Shown here piece after piece: positions 31,059 through 45,984 of a DNA stretch of 64,000 nt (position 1 is the first letter of the stretch; the number at the start of each line of letters is the position of its first letter). Below the pieces are notes generated by a model. The model had not been told where the DNA came from, ran no database searches, and saw only the letters and a list, made by a program, of their open reading frames with translations. The stretch is from Mantamonas sphyraenae STR306 (taxonomy: Eukaryota; Protista; CRuMs), in assembly GCA_026936335.1 (NCBI GenBank), contig JAPMXV010000050.1:210102-274101 (forward strand), written 5' to 3'. The translations under genes and the position numbers were made by a program.

Positions 31059-34000
31059 ATGTCCAGCAGCCTGTGGAAGAAGAGTGTGCTGGAAAAGAGC
31101 CGGCCAAAGGTTGGACGGACATTCGTGGGCCTGGTGCAGGCGGTGACGGCGATCAAGAAGAGCAACCAGAGCCTGACGAAGCTGGAGCTGTTTGAGCGGG
31201 CAGTGAACGAGCTGTGGTACGAGCCGTACTTTTACAGGTGCCCGTTTGACAAGCTGGGCCGCAGTCTGAACATGTTTGCCGAGTCACTGACGGGTGAGTG
31301 GTGATGAGGGGCGAGGAGGCAGAGGGTGTGGGTGTGTAAAGGGCGGGAGCATGCGTGGGGCGCGGGTGAAGGGTGGGGAGATGGCGGGAAGTCGGCGGGC
31401 TGGAGGACGTTTGGCGGTCGTACAGGCGCAGAGGAGGTGATCTAACACACGGGATTGGCACCACACAGACGAGTATGAACCGGAACGCAAGCGAGCGTAT
31501 GCACGTGCGTGGAAAGTGTTCCATCGGAGCCTGGAGCACCCGGAGCCAGTGTGCCGTTACATGGCGCTTGAGGCTTTGCGGGAGGCGTACAGCGGGATGA
31601 ACAGCACGCTGATCAAGTCGGACGGGTTGGGACTGAAAAAGAAGATTATGTACACGTTGGTGGATATGATTGAGGGAGACGAGCATGTGGACAACCGGAT
31701 GAACGCGATCTGGCTGCTTGGGCGGATCGGAGAGAGCACAGCCCCGCTGAATGCCGACGACGTGAAGTTGGTCGGTGATGTGTTTATGCTGTTGCTGCGT
31801 AGGTTGTGTGTGATGTTGAACCGGGAGTATTGTGAGATGTTTAATGAGGAGGAGGGAGAGGAAGGAGAGGAGGGAGAGGAAGGAGAGGAAGGAGAGGAGG
31901 GAGAGGAAGGAGAGGAGGGAGAGGAAGGGGGAGAGGAGGGTGAGGAGGGAGGAGAAGAGGGGAAGGGGCGAGAGGAGGTGGTGGACGGGGAGGCGGATCC
32001 GCAGGCGGAAAAGATCTTTCTGTTTGAGGCGGTGGGGATGTTTGTGAGCGTGGCAAACAAGGTGCCTGTGATCAGGAAGCATCTGGACACGGTGATCCGA
32101 GCCGTGTTTGTGGAACTGAAAGTGTGCGCCGAAGTGGCGGAAATGGCGGAGGAGGAGGAAGCGGAGAAAGAGGAGGCGGAGGAGGAGGTGGTGTTCTCTG
32201 TGTACACAGTGCTGAAGCTGCTGAATTACAAGCTGCCCAAGGACGCGGTGACACGTGCAGTGGTGGGACCGCTGTTTGTGACGATGGTGCGTGCGTACGT
32301 GAGCAGCAGCAACCGTCGGGTGCAGCAGGAGGCGATGAACTTTATCAGCATCTGGTTTCCGGTGAACAAGCAAGCGTTTTCGCGATTCCTGCTGTCGGGA
32401 CTGCGCAAGTTTGCAGCCCTGCTGCCGCCGGATGAACCGCAGGCGCAGGACACAAAGGCGGAGATCGAAGTTCTGGAGAGCAATTGCCAGCTTGAGGCGA
32501 GGGCAAAGCGGGAACGAACAAAGCGCGTGCGCAAGCTTCTGGAGATTCCAGGCACGAGCGCAGTGCTGCATGCAAGCGGAGAGCGCAACAAGAACGGAGA
32601 CGCGGTGTTTACGAGCGAGGCGCTGCAAGGGTCGACGCTGCCGCACACGGGCAAACTTGCAGTGGCGTTGGCTGGAGTCGGGGAGGAGGCGGAGGTGACG
32701 ATTCGTAGGCTGCTGCCACAGCTTCCAGGAGTGCCGCGAGGGGCGACGACGGTGCCGCCGGTGATGTTTGGGAACGCCGACCGGAACGAAGAGATCTTTT
32801 CGGACGAGCGGGAGACGGAGGACACGCTGCCGTACGGATTCACGACGCAACCGCCGGCAAGTCTGGTGACATCGAACATCCCGCCGCACATGTCTCTGAA
32901 GCCGCCGGATGTGGGGAGCGAGATGGGGGCGATGCAGCTGGGCATCCGTGGGGGTGACCAGGCAAGCGAGTATGTGCAGGACCGGGTGAGCAAGAACCCG
33001 GATTTTGCGACCAATGCGCCTCTGGTGATCGAGGTTCAGGAGGAGGTGCGGGCAGAGGAAGGGCTGCCGGGGTACATTGTACGCACGATCCAGGGGCGTG
33101 TACTGTCGCAGTCGGAGCACATCAGCAGGAGCGGCGTGGACGTGGTGTTTGACGAATGGGGCATGGAGGTGGAGGATCCGTACAGCGTGGGGCGAGTGCT
33201 GTACATCCAGGCGTCGCACAAGCCGAACGCCACGGTGCGTGCAAAGGCAAAGCGGATGACGGCGCGTGAGAAGCTGGACGCAATCCTGGCCGGCAGAGAC
33301 GAGGATGAAAGTGAGGGAGAGGAGGAGAGGAGGAGGAGGAAGGCAAGGGGGCCAAAGACGAAGAGGCGCCGTTGGAGATGATCCCGGTTGTGATCACACG
33401 GGTGGAGGTAAGCAACGATGCGCAGGACGCGCTGAACGACAAGGCGCTGGAGGCGGCCGGGATTGCAAGTGCAAAGGAGGAGGAAGAAGCAGAGAGGCAG
33501 GAGCGTGAAGGAGACGACAAGAGCTCGACGGTGAGCGGAAGCAGCGCAGGGACGGGCACAAGCAGCAAGACGTCGCAGGGAAGAGGAGGAGGCGGAGGCG
33601 GAGGCGGGAGCACGGGTGTGTTTCAGTACGACGAAAGCAACCGGTTTGTGCCGCGTGCGGTGGTGCCGCCGCAGCCAGATGCGTTTGACGAGTCGTCGCA
33701 CGCGCTGTACGCACACGCAGCGACGGTGAACACACTGCTGCCGAGCGGATTTCTGGAGGACGGAAGCCCGTTCTACAGGCCGTACGTGGACGCGAGCGGA
33801 GACAAGGTTGTGCAGGAGGCGGTGGTGGGATTCACACGCGAGGGCAAGGCGATTTTTGTGAAACCTCACGGCGAACTGCCGAAGCCGAGCGGGTACACAG
33901 AGCACGGGATCCCGTACTACGTGGCGTCGGATATGGTGGAGCAGGTGGATGCGTTTTACGAAAAAGTGCGGTCCAAGATGGTTGCGCGGCGGCGTGTGGG

Positions 34001-37000
34001 CAGTCCAAAGAGTGTGTACAGTGGGCGCAGCGGGCGACGAGCGAGCGGATCGCATGTGCCGTCGGGAGACGAGGTGTCGACGCGGCGCAAGTCGTGGAAG
34101 CAAATTGTGGAGACGAGCCGAGACCGGGGCGACCTGGACACGATCCAAGAGCACTCGGGTGGAAAGGTGGCCGAGGAAGCGGAGGACAGGAGTGGGATAG
34201 ATTCCGGACGAGGGAGCGGACGGCTGGAGCGGCCTGTGAGTCTGTACAGCGCGCGAAGGCGGAGGACAAACAGCACCCTGAGCAGCCTGAGCGAGCTGGA
34301 CGAGCTGGAGGAAGAAGAAGAAGGAGAGGAAGGGGATGAGGAGTACGAGGAAGGAGGCGGAGGGCTCGGAGGAATTGCAGAGCAAAGTGAGGAGGACGAA
34401 GAAGCACGTGAGCGGCGCATGAGCTCGCTGAATGTGCCGACGATTGCGGTGCTGGACGAAGAGGAAATTGACGAACTGGAGGAGATGATGGACCAGTATG
34501 GACTGGATGATGAGGAGGATGCGGAGGAGGAGGAGGGTGCGGAGAAGGAGGGTGGAGAGGAGGGCGAGGAGGAAGACGACAGTTACCTGGACGAAATCGT
34601 AGACGTAGAGGTGGAAGTGCCGATTGTGGTTGTGGACGGGGAAGGGTCGGAGGACGGAGAGCCCGAGGTGGGTGGAGGCGAGGAAGGGGAGGAGGAGAAC
34701 GAATTGGACGGGACTCCGACAGCGAACACAAGCAGGGGCAAGGCAAAGACAAAGATTGAGGTGCGCAAGATGACGCGACGGGAGGCACGGGCGGCAGAAA
34801 AGGCGCGACGCAAGGCAGAGAGGCGAAAGGAGCGGATGGAGGCGAGGCGAAAGATGCGGGAGTTCCGAAAGAGCGTGACGGAATTCACAGAGGCGAACAA
34901 TCGAGCGCGTATCGAGCGGCTGAGTGCGGACGTGCTGCGGCTGATGAAGCTGAAGCGAAGGCAGATGCGATTGAACCGGGACGACATTGAGTTTGAGACG
35001 GAAGTGGGTGGCCTGTTGCAAGGAGTGCACGGGGCGTCGGAGCTGCTGCGCAAGTCGAGCCTGAGTGGACGTGAAGAACAGGAGGCGGACCACGGGTCGT
35101 CTTCATCGGAGGAAGTGGAAGTGGGAAGCAAGCGCACGGGATCGAGGAGGAAAGGAGGGCGGAAGGGAGGAAGGAGGCGAAAGGGAGGGAGCAAGGGCCT
35201 GAGCGCAGCGGATGTGATGGCAGCGGCAATTCGTGCAGAGCGTGGGGAAAAGGTGGATCTGGAGGCGGAGGCGGAGGCGAAGCGCAAAGCGATTGCAGCG
35301 GCAAAGAAGAAGCGGCGTGGTGGAGGGAGGCGCAAGAGGAGCGGGCCAAAAGGGCGTGGAAAGAGGAAGGACGGGGAGGAAGGAGGGCAAGCGGAGAATC
35401 TGAGCAGCATGGAAGAGTTTTACAGGTCGTTGAGCAAGGATGCAAAGAAGCAGATGCAGGTGGACAGGCGGCAGGTGATTCTGGAGAAGGAGCGAGCAGA
35501 AAAGGAGCGACGTGAGAAGGAGGCAGCGGCGGAAATCCGTGAGTACGAGGAGGCGAGGCGCAAGGAGAGGCAGGAACGGGAGAGGAGACGAAGGAGGGTG
35601 AAGGAGAAGCAGCGGCTTAAGGAGCTGCAGGAGAGCGGAGAGTTGGGCGAGGGTGTGGCAGTGGACGACGGGGAAGAGTCTGGGTCTGAGGGAGCGACGA
35701 GGAGGGTGAGGGAGTGGTGGTGGATCTGGACGACATCCGGCGGATGCATGCAGAGAGACAAGGGCAAGAGGACGACGGAGATATGGGCGAGTTTATGGAC
35801 GTCGCGGACAGCGACGAGGAAGGAGTGGCCAAGATGACGGTGGACCTGTCGTTCAAGCAGGAGCGGGTGCACTTTATGAGCACGGTGCTGGACCAGCAGT
35901 TGAAGGTGAACATGCAATACCGTGTGGGAATGGCCAGGAAGAAGGAGGACGGGGAGGGAGGGGACAATGATGAGGATGGCGATGATGATGATGATGAGGA
36001 GGAGGAGGTGGAGGTTGTGACGGAAGGGAGCGAGCCGGTGACGTGCTTGGTGACTGTGTCGCCGGCGGAGGTGTTTTTGGTGTCGCCTGCGATTGTGGAT
36101 GTGCACGGGGTGGGGGAAATGCAGTTTGCGGTGACGTTCCGTCCGCAGGCATGCGCGACAAAGAGCGCAAGCGTGCGTGGCGTGCTCAAGGTGTTTGACA
36201 TCTACGGAAACACAACGTTTGCCGAGTGCAAGCTGGACGCATTCTGTGGACCGATGCTTGATGTGCCTCGGCACGCAACGATCAACGCAGGGTGGCTGAT
36301 GCCGGACAAGAGCAAGCGGGTGGAGTTTCGTGTAAAGAACGTGAGCACGGGGGTGGTGAAGATGAGCGCACACGTTGATGGAGGGGCGAGCGGGAGCCTG
36401 GGGAGCACGAGTGGAAGCAGCAGCAGCGCGTTGAGCGGGCGTGGAGGGCGGAAGACGGGAGGGAAGGGATCGGGAGGTGGTGCGAGCGACGTGTTTAGCC
36501 TGGACCAGAGCAACTGGACGCTGCAGCCGCAAGAGGTGGTGACGATTGGAATTGTGTGCAAGCCGCGTGCGATGGGCCTGTACGACACGAAGCTGTGTGT
36601 GCGAAGCACGGGCGGAGAGACGTACAACATCCCGTTGTACGTGGTCGGAGGCACGCCGTTGATTGTGGGAGCCGGGAAGCGGCGGTACGTGGACGAGCGC
36701 CCGTCATCGAGTGGAAGCGTGTCGAACGGGCGTGGAGCAAGCGCAGGGGAGAGCCTGATGGTGGATGCGGACGAGACGTTTACGCCGGAACCGATCATCG
36801 ACCTGCGGACGATTCTGGGCGGGAACATGACGCCGTCGTCGATGCGTGTGGACTCGCCTGCGCTGGAAGGGTTTGCGGAGCGCGGGCCGAGCGTGTTGAG
36901 CGGGTCGCTGGTGGGATTGAGTGGAGTGGGAGCTGGAGGACAGGGAGAGATCAACGCGGAGCTGAGTGTGGTGCGCACACTGATCACAGAGGTGGAGCGG

Positions 37001-40000
37001 CAATTTGCGGCGGACGGAGCGCCGAGCACACGCGTGGACTTTGGCATTGTGATGAACCGGCGGGACGTGGTGTCGCGACACATTGTACTACAGAATCTGA
37101 GTGGGGCGACAATCCTGGTGGGGCTGTACTCGACGAGCAACGTGTTTGAGTATTCGGCTACGGCGAGCGTCGATCCGTTTTCGACGACGCACGTGCCGAT
37201 TTCGTTTTCGCCCGGCACACAGCTGCCGGAAGGAGAAATCGAGGAGTACCTGTATGTGGTGAGCGAACACAGCGACGAAAAGATCTGCTTCTCGCTGCGC
37301 GGGTATGTGGGCCAGCCTTTGGAGACGCTGATGAGCGAACACAGCTTTTTCAAGCCCGCGCGGATTGCGCAGCAACGGTTCATGACGACGACGCTGTTCA
37401 ACTACTCGAGCCACCGGCTGGAGTACATCCTGCGGATGGACGAGTTTCGCGTGCACGCGCAGGAATATGGGCGCGGGCAGGGAAGCGAGCAAGTGAGCAG
37501 CCGAGAGTGGCGTGCGAGCCGTGGAGAGGACGTGCTGCGTGAGGCGACGATGTCTGCGAATGTGGGCACGACGGAGGATCAGGTGGAGGTGATCGAGCCG
37601 TACGGGACACGTGAGGTGCAGCTTGTGTTTCAGCCGAGCGGGACAGGCTTCTACATGACGGAGTTGCATCTGGAGATGGTGTCGCCGCAGCAAATGGAGT
37701 TTGAAGCGTGCTCGAGCAACAGCGTCCGGCTGTACGGAATCTGCATGGAGCCGAGTGATCTGCAGCGTGTGCAGCACGTGAACAGGGAGAACATGCAGGC
37801 GTTTCTGCGATGGCTGCGGCGTGGTTGCACGCACCTGGAAGAGATGCAGTGGCAGAGTGTCGTGATCCCGGACAATGCGCTGCTGCCGCTGAATGCAGAG
37901 CGAGAACACTCGCACTTTGGGGCGAAGCGGCTGGATCTGACGCTACCGCTGCCTGCGTTGCACGAGGTGAAGGTGATCCGGAATGTGGGGGGCAAGATGG
38001 AAGTGCGGAACCCGAGGAGTGAGGAGGAGCAGGTGGAGTTCATTTGCACGCCTGGGTTCCGTGTGGCGCCGCCACGGGTGCAGGTGAGCGGAAAGGAGAG
38101 CGTGGAGCTGGACGCGGTGTTTGCGGCAGACAGGCACGACTACAGGACACACCGGGGCGTGGCGTTTGGGACAGTGAGCAACTCGGCAAACACAGAGTAT
38201 CACGTGTGTCACATGGAGTTTGTGGGTACGCGCAAGCACGGGCTTCGTGTGCAACCGGAGAGCATGGAATTTATCGGAGGGACGGATGCGCCGGTGGTGA
38301 GACGGCTGACGGTGCGGAACATGCTGAACAGCACGACGACGTGGCGTGCGAAGCTTGTGGGGCAGCGGTCTGCGAGTGCGGGAGAGGATGGCGGTAGCAG
38401 CAGCGTGACGGTGGAGCCGTTTGTGCTGCGCAAGGACCACGGTACGCTGGAGGCGCTGGAGAGCGTGGTGATCAAGATTGTGTTCCAACCGGCAGCGCTG
38501 GGAGAATTTGTGTCGAATCTGGTGTTTGAGATGGACAACGAGGAGATTGAGGCCAAGTCGCCAAAGGTGGCCAAGGTGCTGCTGACGGGGATGGGCGTAA
38601 ACGTGGCGCTGGACGGACTGCCGAGCAAGATTGACTTTGGGCACGCGCTGACGGACACGCGTGTGGTAAAGACGTTCATGGTGCAGAACCACAGCCGACA
38701 CGCAAACTTGAACGTGAACATTGTGGCAGAGGAACCATTTACGAGCGAGGAGCCGATGGTGCTGCGGCCTGGGGAGCGGACGGCAATGACGTTTGAGTTT
38801 CGTGCGAGTGAAGCGGGCACGTATGCGTCGCGGTACACGATCTTTGCGAACGACGCACACTTTGACATCCCGTGCGTGGGTGTGACGGGATCGCTGGACG
38901 TGCGGGTCCTGGGCAACCGGGAGCAGCTGGAGTTTGAGAGCTGCCGTCTGGGGACGATGAACTCGTTTGACGTGTACCTAAGCAACGAAGGGACGCTGGA
39001 CGTGGCTTTGCAGGAGGTGACGTCTTCGGAGCCGGCGCACCTGAACGTGGAGGTTGTGGAGGTGTTGCCACGTAGCGCGATTGGAGAAATCAGCGGGGAG
39101 AAGCAATCGAAGCTGATTCCATGGAAAGTGATGAACATGAAGCTGAAGCGACTGGTGGCGAGCGTGAGGCGCCGTTCGACGACGGCGGAGCAGGTGCTGG
39201 AGGCGATGCGCTTGACGACGCCACCCACAGAGAGCCTGGGGGCAGAGTATGACAACACGATGTTTGAAGAGATGCCAAGCGAGCTGGGCGAACTGGACCC
39301 TGTGGAGCTGACGCGTCTGATCAGCGAGGAGACGTCGCGGCAAGGGCGTGGAGGCAAAACGCAGAGGCTGGAGATTGGCCACCTGCGAGGGGAGGGGATC
39401 AGCGAAATGATGATGAACGGACGAGGCGGAGAGGAGGAGGAAAGCGACGACGATGAGGAGGAGGGAGGGCGAGGGGATGACGGGCGTGCGTCGACGGTGG
39501 TACTTGGGCCAACAGGATGGGGTCAGTCACGGGCGGCGAGCAAGAGCATGACGCCACATCCGCCGCGGCAAAGCGGGGAGCAAACACCTGTTCAAGTGAA
39601 CGAGACGTCGTCGACACGAGGTGTGGTGCGCAGCAGGAGTTCGAGTGGAGCGAGCGGAAGCGGGTCGTCGCTGATGCGCACGTCGACGAGCGTGGGGAGC
39701 AACAGTGGGAGCAACAGCACGGCGAGCAGCACGTGGCGTCCGGGGAGTCGCGGGGGAACGGTGCGCCTGAGTACGCCCGGAGTTGTGCTGGAGAGCCACG
39801 GGAAGCGTTTGCGGACGCTCGGCCACGGAATGGTACTGCGTGTGCGCGTGTCGTTCCTGGCAACGCGGCCGCTGGATCTGGACAGCGATTTGAACTTTGT
39901 GTTCCGTGTGGCACAGCCCAAGGAGGTGACGGTGGACGAGTTTGCGTCGTTCGACCGCGTGCAGATGCTGATTGGATGTGCAGAGCAGGGGGCACAGTGG

Positions 40001-43000
40001 AAGGCGCAGCACGCGGAAGAACTGGCGCGAGTGCGTGAATGGCTGCCGGAAGAGAGTGTGGTGTATCGGGAGGAGCGTGTGGCGCACTACAAGTCGCTCA
40101 GCTACGGCGTGTGCATGGGCGTGACGGGCGTGTCGTACCGTGGGTTGTTCTTTGAACCGACGTCGCACGACTTTGGAGTGGTGAGCGCGTCGCGGTATGT
40201 GGAAGGGAGCGCACGAAGCAAGCTGGAGCGGCCTGTGGTGCAGGTACGTGTGATCAACGAAGGGTTCCAGGCACAGGAGTTTGCGCTGGGAGAGATCACA
40301 AAGAGCTTCCGTGTGGTGGGAGAACAGGAGCGGTGGGTGTTGGAGGCTGGACAGGAGACGGAAGTGGGGATTGAGTTTGATCCGCAGTTTAGCGGGTCGC
40401 GGTACAAGGGCCGAGCTGTGTTTGAGCACGAGTTTGGGCCGACGAGCGTGTTGCTGCGGGGTACGGGAGCGGCGGCGCAGGTGGAGCTTGTGGAGCCGAG
40501 CAACCGGGAAATCCACTTTGAGCGAGTGAAGATCACTCGGACGGCTGAGCAACGGTTTGTGCTGCGCAACGTGGGATTCCTGGACGCGGCGTACGAGGTG
40601 TTTTGCGAGAACGCGGCAGTGAGCGTGTTGGACATGGAGGATGGCCTTGCGCACGAAGGGGTGCTGAAGGCGCGTGAAGACACGGAGCTGCAGCTTGTGG
40701 TGTTGTCACGGTCGCGACAGGATCTGAGCGAGCTGGTGACGATCCGCTGGCAGGTTGTGCCTGGCGGACGGTGGGAGGAGTGCCACTTGAACGTGACGGC
40801 GACGGTGGGTGTGCCGCAGCTTGCGCTGGCGTCGAACGAGGTGGACATCGGGACGTCGTTGATCGGGATGCCAAACGAGACGCGTGTGCGATTGTACAAC
40901 CACGGCGACGCGGCGTGTGCATTCCAGAGCAGCACGCAGGCAAAAGAGGTGTGGATGGAGCCCGGGGAAGGGAGCATTGCGCCAAACAGCCACCTGGACG
41001 TGGTGGTTGTGTTTCAGCCGACGCGCATTGAGCCTGTGGATTCGCGTGTGAACATCACCAGCGACGGAGGGAACGCAGTGCTGAGTCTGCGCGGGCCTGT
41101 GAGTGCACCGCGCATGCACATCGATAGGCGAGATCTGGAAGTGGACTTTGGAACGATTGACCTGAACGGCAACCGACAAAAGACAATCACGCTGCGGAAC
41201 AGCGCAAACGTGAGCATCGAATACGAGATGAAGATCTACAACGAGCAGGGAGAGTTTCTGGGCTGGGCGGAAGGAGGTTCGCGGCCAAGTGGGAGTGGAG
41301 AAGAAGGGGTGGCGGAGCGAGACATTCGGGGCGTATTCCGAGCGATCCCTGAACGCGGGCAGATCAAGCCAAAGAGCATGACGACGGTGACGTTGGAGGT
41401 GAGCACGATGGGGTATTTGCACAAGAGCACAGCGGAATTTAGCGTGACGGCCGAGGTGGTGGAGGTGTATCGAGGAAGGCTGAGCGTGGAGGGAGGGGAA
41501 GCGGTGCTTGAGATGAGGGCTGTGGGAGAGGGAGATGTCAAGGGGGAGGAAGGGGAGGAAGAGGAGGATGGTGTGGCGAGGGTGGACTTTGGTCTGTGCC
41601 TGGGAGGTGAGGAGGTGCGGAGGAAGGGTGCAGTGGAGCTGTACAATCGGGGGAACATCACGTGCAGTTACAGGCTGCAGGAGGGCCACGAGAACAAGAG
41701 CGTGATGGGAGTCGGGCACGGGGATGAGGACGAAGAGTCGGACGTGATGCGGTCGCTTGCAGAGGCGATTCCGACGAGCGAAGCGGCGCTGTATCTGGAG
41801 CCGCTGATGGGCGTGGTGGAGCCTGGGCAGCGGGTACAGATTGACGGGCGGTTCCATGCGTTTTATCCGGGGGTGTACCAGAAGACGTACGAGGTGTTTG
41901 GGGCCAACCTGAGGCAGTCGTTGGTGGTACGCGGGGAGAGCGGGGTGCCGAAGCTGGGAGTGTCGCGGGAGGAGCTGGACTTTGGGGTGTGCGAGCCAGG
42001 ACGTAGCGTGGTGGTGCCTGTGACGCTGTTCAACTCGGGCACGTATCCGCTGGAGTTTGGGATGGCGTGTGTGGACGCGTACGACAACGAGGTGACGCTG
42101 GAAGGGACGAACCGGGTGTTTGCGTGGATGCAGGACGTGCCGCGGCAGATTGGGCCGGGCGACGAGCGGGTGCTGCACATGCGGTTTAGCCCGGTGGAGG
42201 AGCGGCAGTACGGACAGCGCCTGAAGGTGACGTGGATGGGCCGTGTGACGTATGTGCGGCTGACAGGACAGGGTGGAGAACCGCGGATGCGTGTGGTGTA
42301 CGAAACGGGGGAGGACGGGCATCTGGAGTACGGAAAGTGTGCGGTGGGGCGGGTGGTGTGGAAGAAGGTGGGTGTGGAGAACACAGGCAGCCTGCCGCTG
42401 GAGTACCGAGCGATCAACAGCAACCGGTTTGTGGAATTGCGATTCGAGAGCAAGGGGAACAAGAGTGCGGGCGAGACGACGGTTCGCGTGGTGGGCGCTG
42501 GGCAATCGGATGTGATGTGGGTAGGGTTTATGCCGGAGAGCGAGAGCACGTACCAAGGAGTGGTGACGCTGTCGTCGGACAAGAAGTTTGTGCAGGTTCC
42601 GGTGAGCGGCGTGGGACGTGTGTTTGGATGGCGTCTGGGCACGCTGGGGGCAGGAGGGGAGGACGGCATGGAAGAGGATGGAGGCAAAGGTGGAAAGGGA
42701 GGCAAGGGAGGCAAGGGGGCCAAGGTAAAGGCGCCCAAGGGCAAGCGTCCGACGGGAGGGCGCGGGCGGCGACGTGGAGGGGCTGGTGCAGGCAGCAGCA
42801 GCAGCAGCAGCAGCAGCGCGAAGCGGGGGAGAGGAAGAGGAGGGAGATGTGACGGAGCTGCAGTTTGGGGCCGTGCCGTTGCGAAGCAAGGCGGTGAAGG
42901 AGCTCGTGTTGGAGAACACGTGCGAGCTGCCAATTGAGTTTGAGGTGGAGCTTGAGCCGGAGCTGCTGAACGAGAGCATCAAGATACGTGTGAACGGAAA

Positions 43001-45974
43001 GAGCGGGAAGCGACACCGGATCTTGGCGGGAGAGGAGGTGCGGATCGAGGTTGAAATCGAGCCGTTTGCAAGCGCGTCGTTTCACGGGCGGATCACATTG
43101 AAGCCGACCGGGGACGACGAGGCGGCTCGCAGCACGATGCTTGTGGTACCGTTGCATGCCGAGGCTGTTGCGACGCAGCTTGCGCTGGACGTTGTGCAGG
43201 ACCTGGACTTTGGGCGGGTGCCGCTGAATGAGAGCCGGCGGGAGGTGCGACGGCTGTTCAACCGATCGCAGTTTGGAATCAGTTTCCACGTGACGGCGAC
43301 GCCTGTGCGGGGAGGAAAGGGAGGAAAGAGGGGCAAGGGCAAGGAGAAGTTGGTGGGTGAGGAGGCAGCGCCGAACTACGACGTTTGGGTGATTTCACCG
43401 AGCAGCGGGCGGATCGAGCCGGGAGACAGTGTGGAGATGAAGCTGATGTACCAGAGTGTGGACACGCACGAGGAGTTTTGGCACGACATCGAGGTGCACA
43501 TCCACAACGACATGGACAAGGAGGACGTGATCCGGTTTGGGATGCGTGGGAGCGTGGCGTACCCGAAACTGGCAATGAGTGCCGAGGAGGTGCGTTTTGG
43601 GGTGTTGAGCGTTGGGCACGCGAAGCGTGCACGTGTGCGTGTGGAGAACCGAGGTACGGGCGGGCTGGCGTACACGGCGCGGCTGGAGAGCGAAGGCGAG
43701 AGCCCGTTTGCACTTGTGGAGGGAGAGCAAGGAGTGGTGGAAGGTGGTGACACAAAGGAAGTTGTGATTGAGTGTGCAGGGGGGCGGAGCGGGGCGTTCA
43801 AGGGCACGCTGGTGGTGGAGAGCGGGTTTGGCAAGGCGCGGGTGGAGGTGGGTGTGGTGATGGCCGTGTTTGACGTGGACGAGACGCTGATCCCGGAGGT
43901 GGTGGACTTTGGCGAGGTGTTTGTGGGTGACGAGGCAGAAGCGGAGCTGATGCTTGTGAGCATGGGTACGGTGGACAGTCCGGTGCTGCTGACGATGGAC
44001 GTGAAGCAGGTGGAGCGGCTGCAGGACCTGGAGCCGGAGGTGCTGCAGGACGTGCTCGCCGGGGTGGGTGAAGAGGCGGAGGAGGCGGAGGTGGAAACAA
44101 ACACGCTGCATGCGCACGGGTACAGCGTGCGTCCGCGGCGGTTTGTGCTGGCGGCAAACGAGAGCGGGAAGCCTGCAAACGGAGTGCGGATCCACATGCG
44201 TTTTGAGACGCCGCTGCCGATGGGGAGCGAGGTGAATCCGCCGAGCGCGGCGCTGATCCGGGACATGGTGAAAGAGGACGTGCAACAGCGCGTGCTGTAC
44301 ATTGTGCTTGCGAACGGTCAGGTGCTGCAGACACGGCTGCGGCACACGCTTGCGCTGAAGCCGCTGACGGTGAACCGGAGCGTGATTGACTACCGGGTGG
44401 TGGCGGACGGACGCAGCCACAAGCGGAGCATTGTGATCAGCAATGAGGCGCGGTTTGCGCAGCGGTTTGAGATGGAAACGAACGACAACCGTCTGCGGTG
44501 CGAGCCGCAGCGTGGGTGGGTGAACGGAGGGAGCTCGCGACTGGTGAATGTGGTGCTGGACGGCAAGGGAGGATGGGACAGCCGGGAGCGACGGGTGGCG
44601 CCGGAGGTGCGTGTGCGGTCGCTGACGCTGATGGATTTGGATGTGCACCGGGTGGCGGTGAGTGGACGTACGGCGCAGTCGACGTTTGACATGAGCGAGA
44701 TGGAAAACGTGGACTTTGGGTATGTGATGGTGGACACGAGCAAGGCGATTCCGTTTGTGCTGGCCAACACGAGCAAGAGCGCGGCGCGGTACGAGCTGGA
44801 GTTTGTGGACCACGCGCGTGTGTTTTCGCTCGTGTCGCGTGAGGATGTGAGCGGGAGCGTGGAGGCAGGAGGGCGGCGGGAGATTGTGGTTGCATTTGAA
44901 CCGCGGGAGAACACGGACTACACGGTGGAGGTGTTTTTGCACACCGACGACGGGATCTTTACGAGCACCATGCGTGGACGTGGGGTGACGCCGACGTTGG
45001 AAGTGAGCGTGAACCGGCTGGACTTTGGGATGGTGGGAGTGGGGATGCCGGTGGTGCGGCGTCTGCGCGTGCGGAACGTGTGCCCGATGCGGCTGGACGT
45101 GTCTGCGATGAGCGTGCCGCGCGGGTTTAGCGTGTGGCCGGCAAAGGTGGCGCTGGAGAGTATGGAGGAGGGAGAGGTGAGCGTGTCGTTCACGCCTGCT
45201 GATGGCCAGAGCGTGGGCGGACGGATGCAACTTTGTGGTGCGGACAGGGCGCTGGCGGCGGTGGAGGTGATTGGACAGGGAGGAACGGTGCGGCTGCATG
45301 TGTCTGCGAACCACGTGGACTTTGGGCACATGCCATGCCGGACGATGATGTCCAAGACGGTGCTGCTGCGGAACGAAGGCAACGTGCCGCTTCATCTGGG
45401 GTGGGAGTACGAGGAGGAGATGGAGGACGGAGCTGTGCGTGTGGAGCCCGAGGAGGTGCGTCTGAACAGTGGGCAGAGCCGACTGATGCGTGTGTTTCTG
45501 CGGTTGGACAAGGTGGGCCCGAAGCAAGTTGCGTTTAGGCTGGGCCTTGTGGACGGGGCAGAGAGCGTGCGTGCACCGTGGGGTTTTACGGCGCGTGGTG
45601 TGGGCGACAAGATTGAGATGAGCGACTACATGGCGGCGTTGCTGGACCGAGAGCGGCTGGAGGTGCTGGAGGAGGAGGACGTGGCGGAGGAGGATGTGGT
45701 GGGCCCCGTGCTGGAGGCGTCGGTGCGTGTTGCAGATGTGCAGGTGGGCATGTTTCTGGAGGTGTTGGAGCCCGAGGTGGAGGACGTGGATCTGGGAGGA
45801 GTGTTGCAGCGGCCAGTGGCGCTTGTGCGGGGGCTCGGGGCGAGCAAGAAGTGGTTCCATCAGAGGAAGAGTCTGCGGATGGCAAAGGAGACGGAGAGGG
45901 AGACGGAGAGAGAGAGGCTGGGAGAGGAGGTGAGGATGCGCAAGGGGAGGTTGGATGAGATGTTTGCGATGTGA
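31059..45974 (+). CDS. Giant (~4,900 aa) Hydin-like protein: HEAT-like N-terminus, acidic/coiled-coil middle, many ASH Ig-like domains
   Basis: Four consecutive long ORFs linked by single-base shifts at ~33328, ~35690 and ~42740-42830, plus intron 31294-31468; recurrent [VL]DFG..x~10-[LV]xN.G ASH motifs from ~36000 to 45600. Confidence 0.7.
31851..31960 (+). repeat. 9/18-bp tandem repeat encoding (EEG)n
   Basis: (gagggagaggaaggagag)n visible directly in the sequence. Confidence 0.85.
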
Positions 45975-45984
45975 TTGTTGGCGT

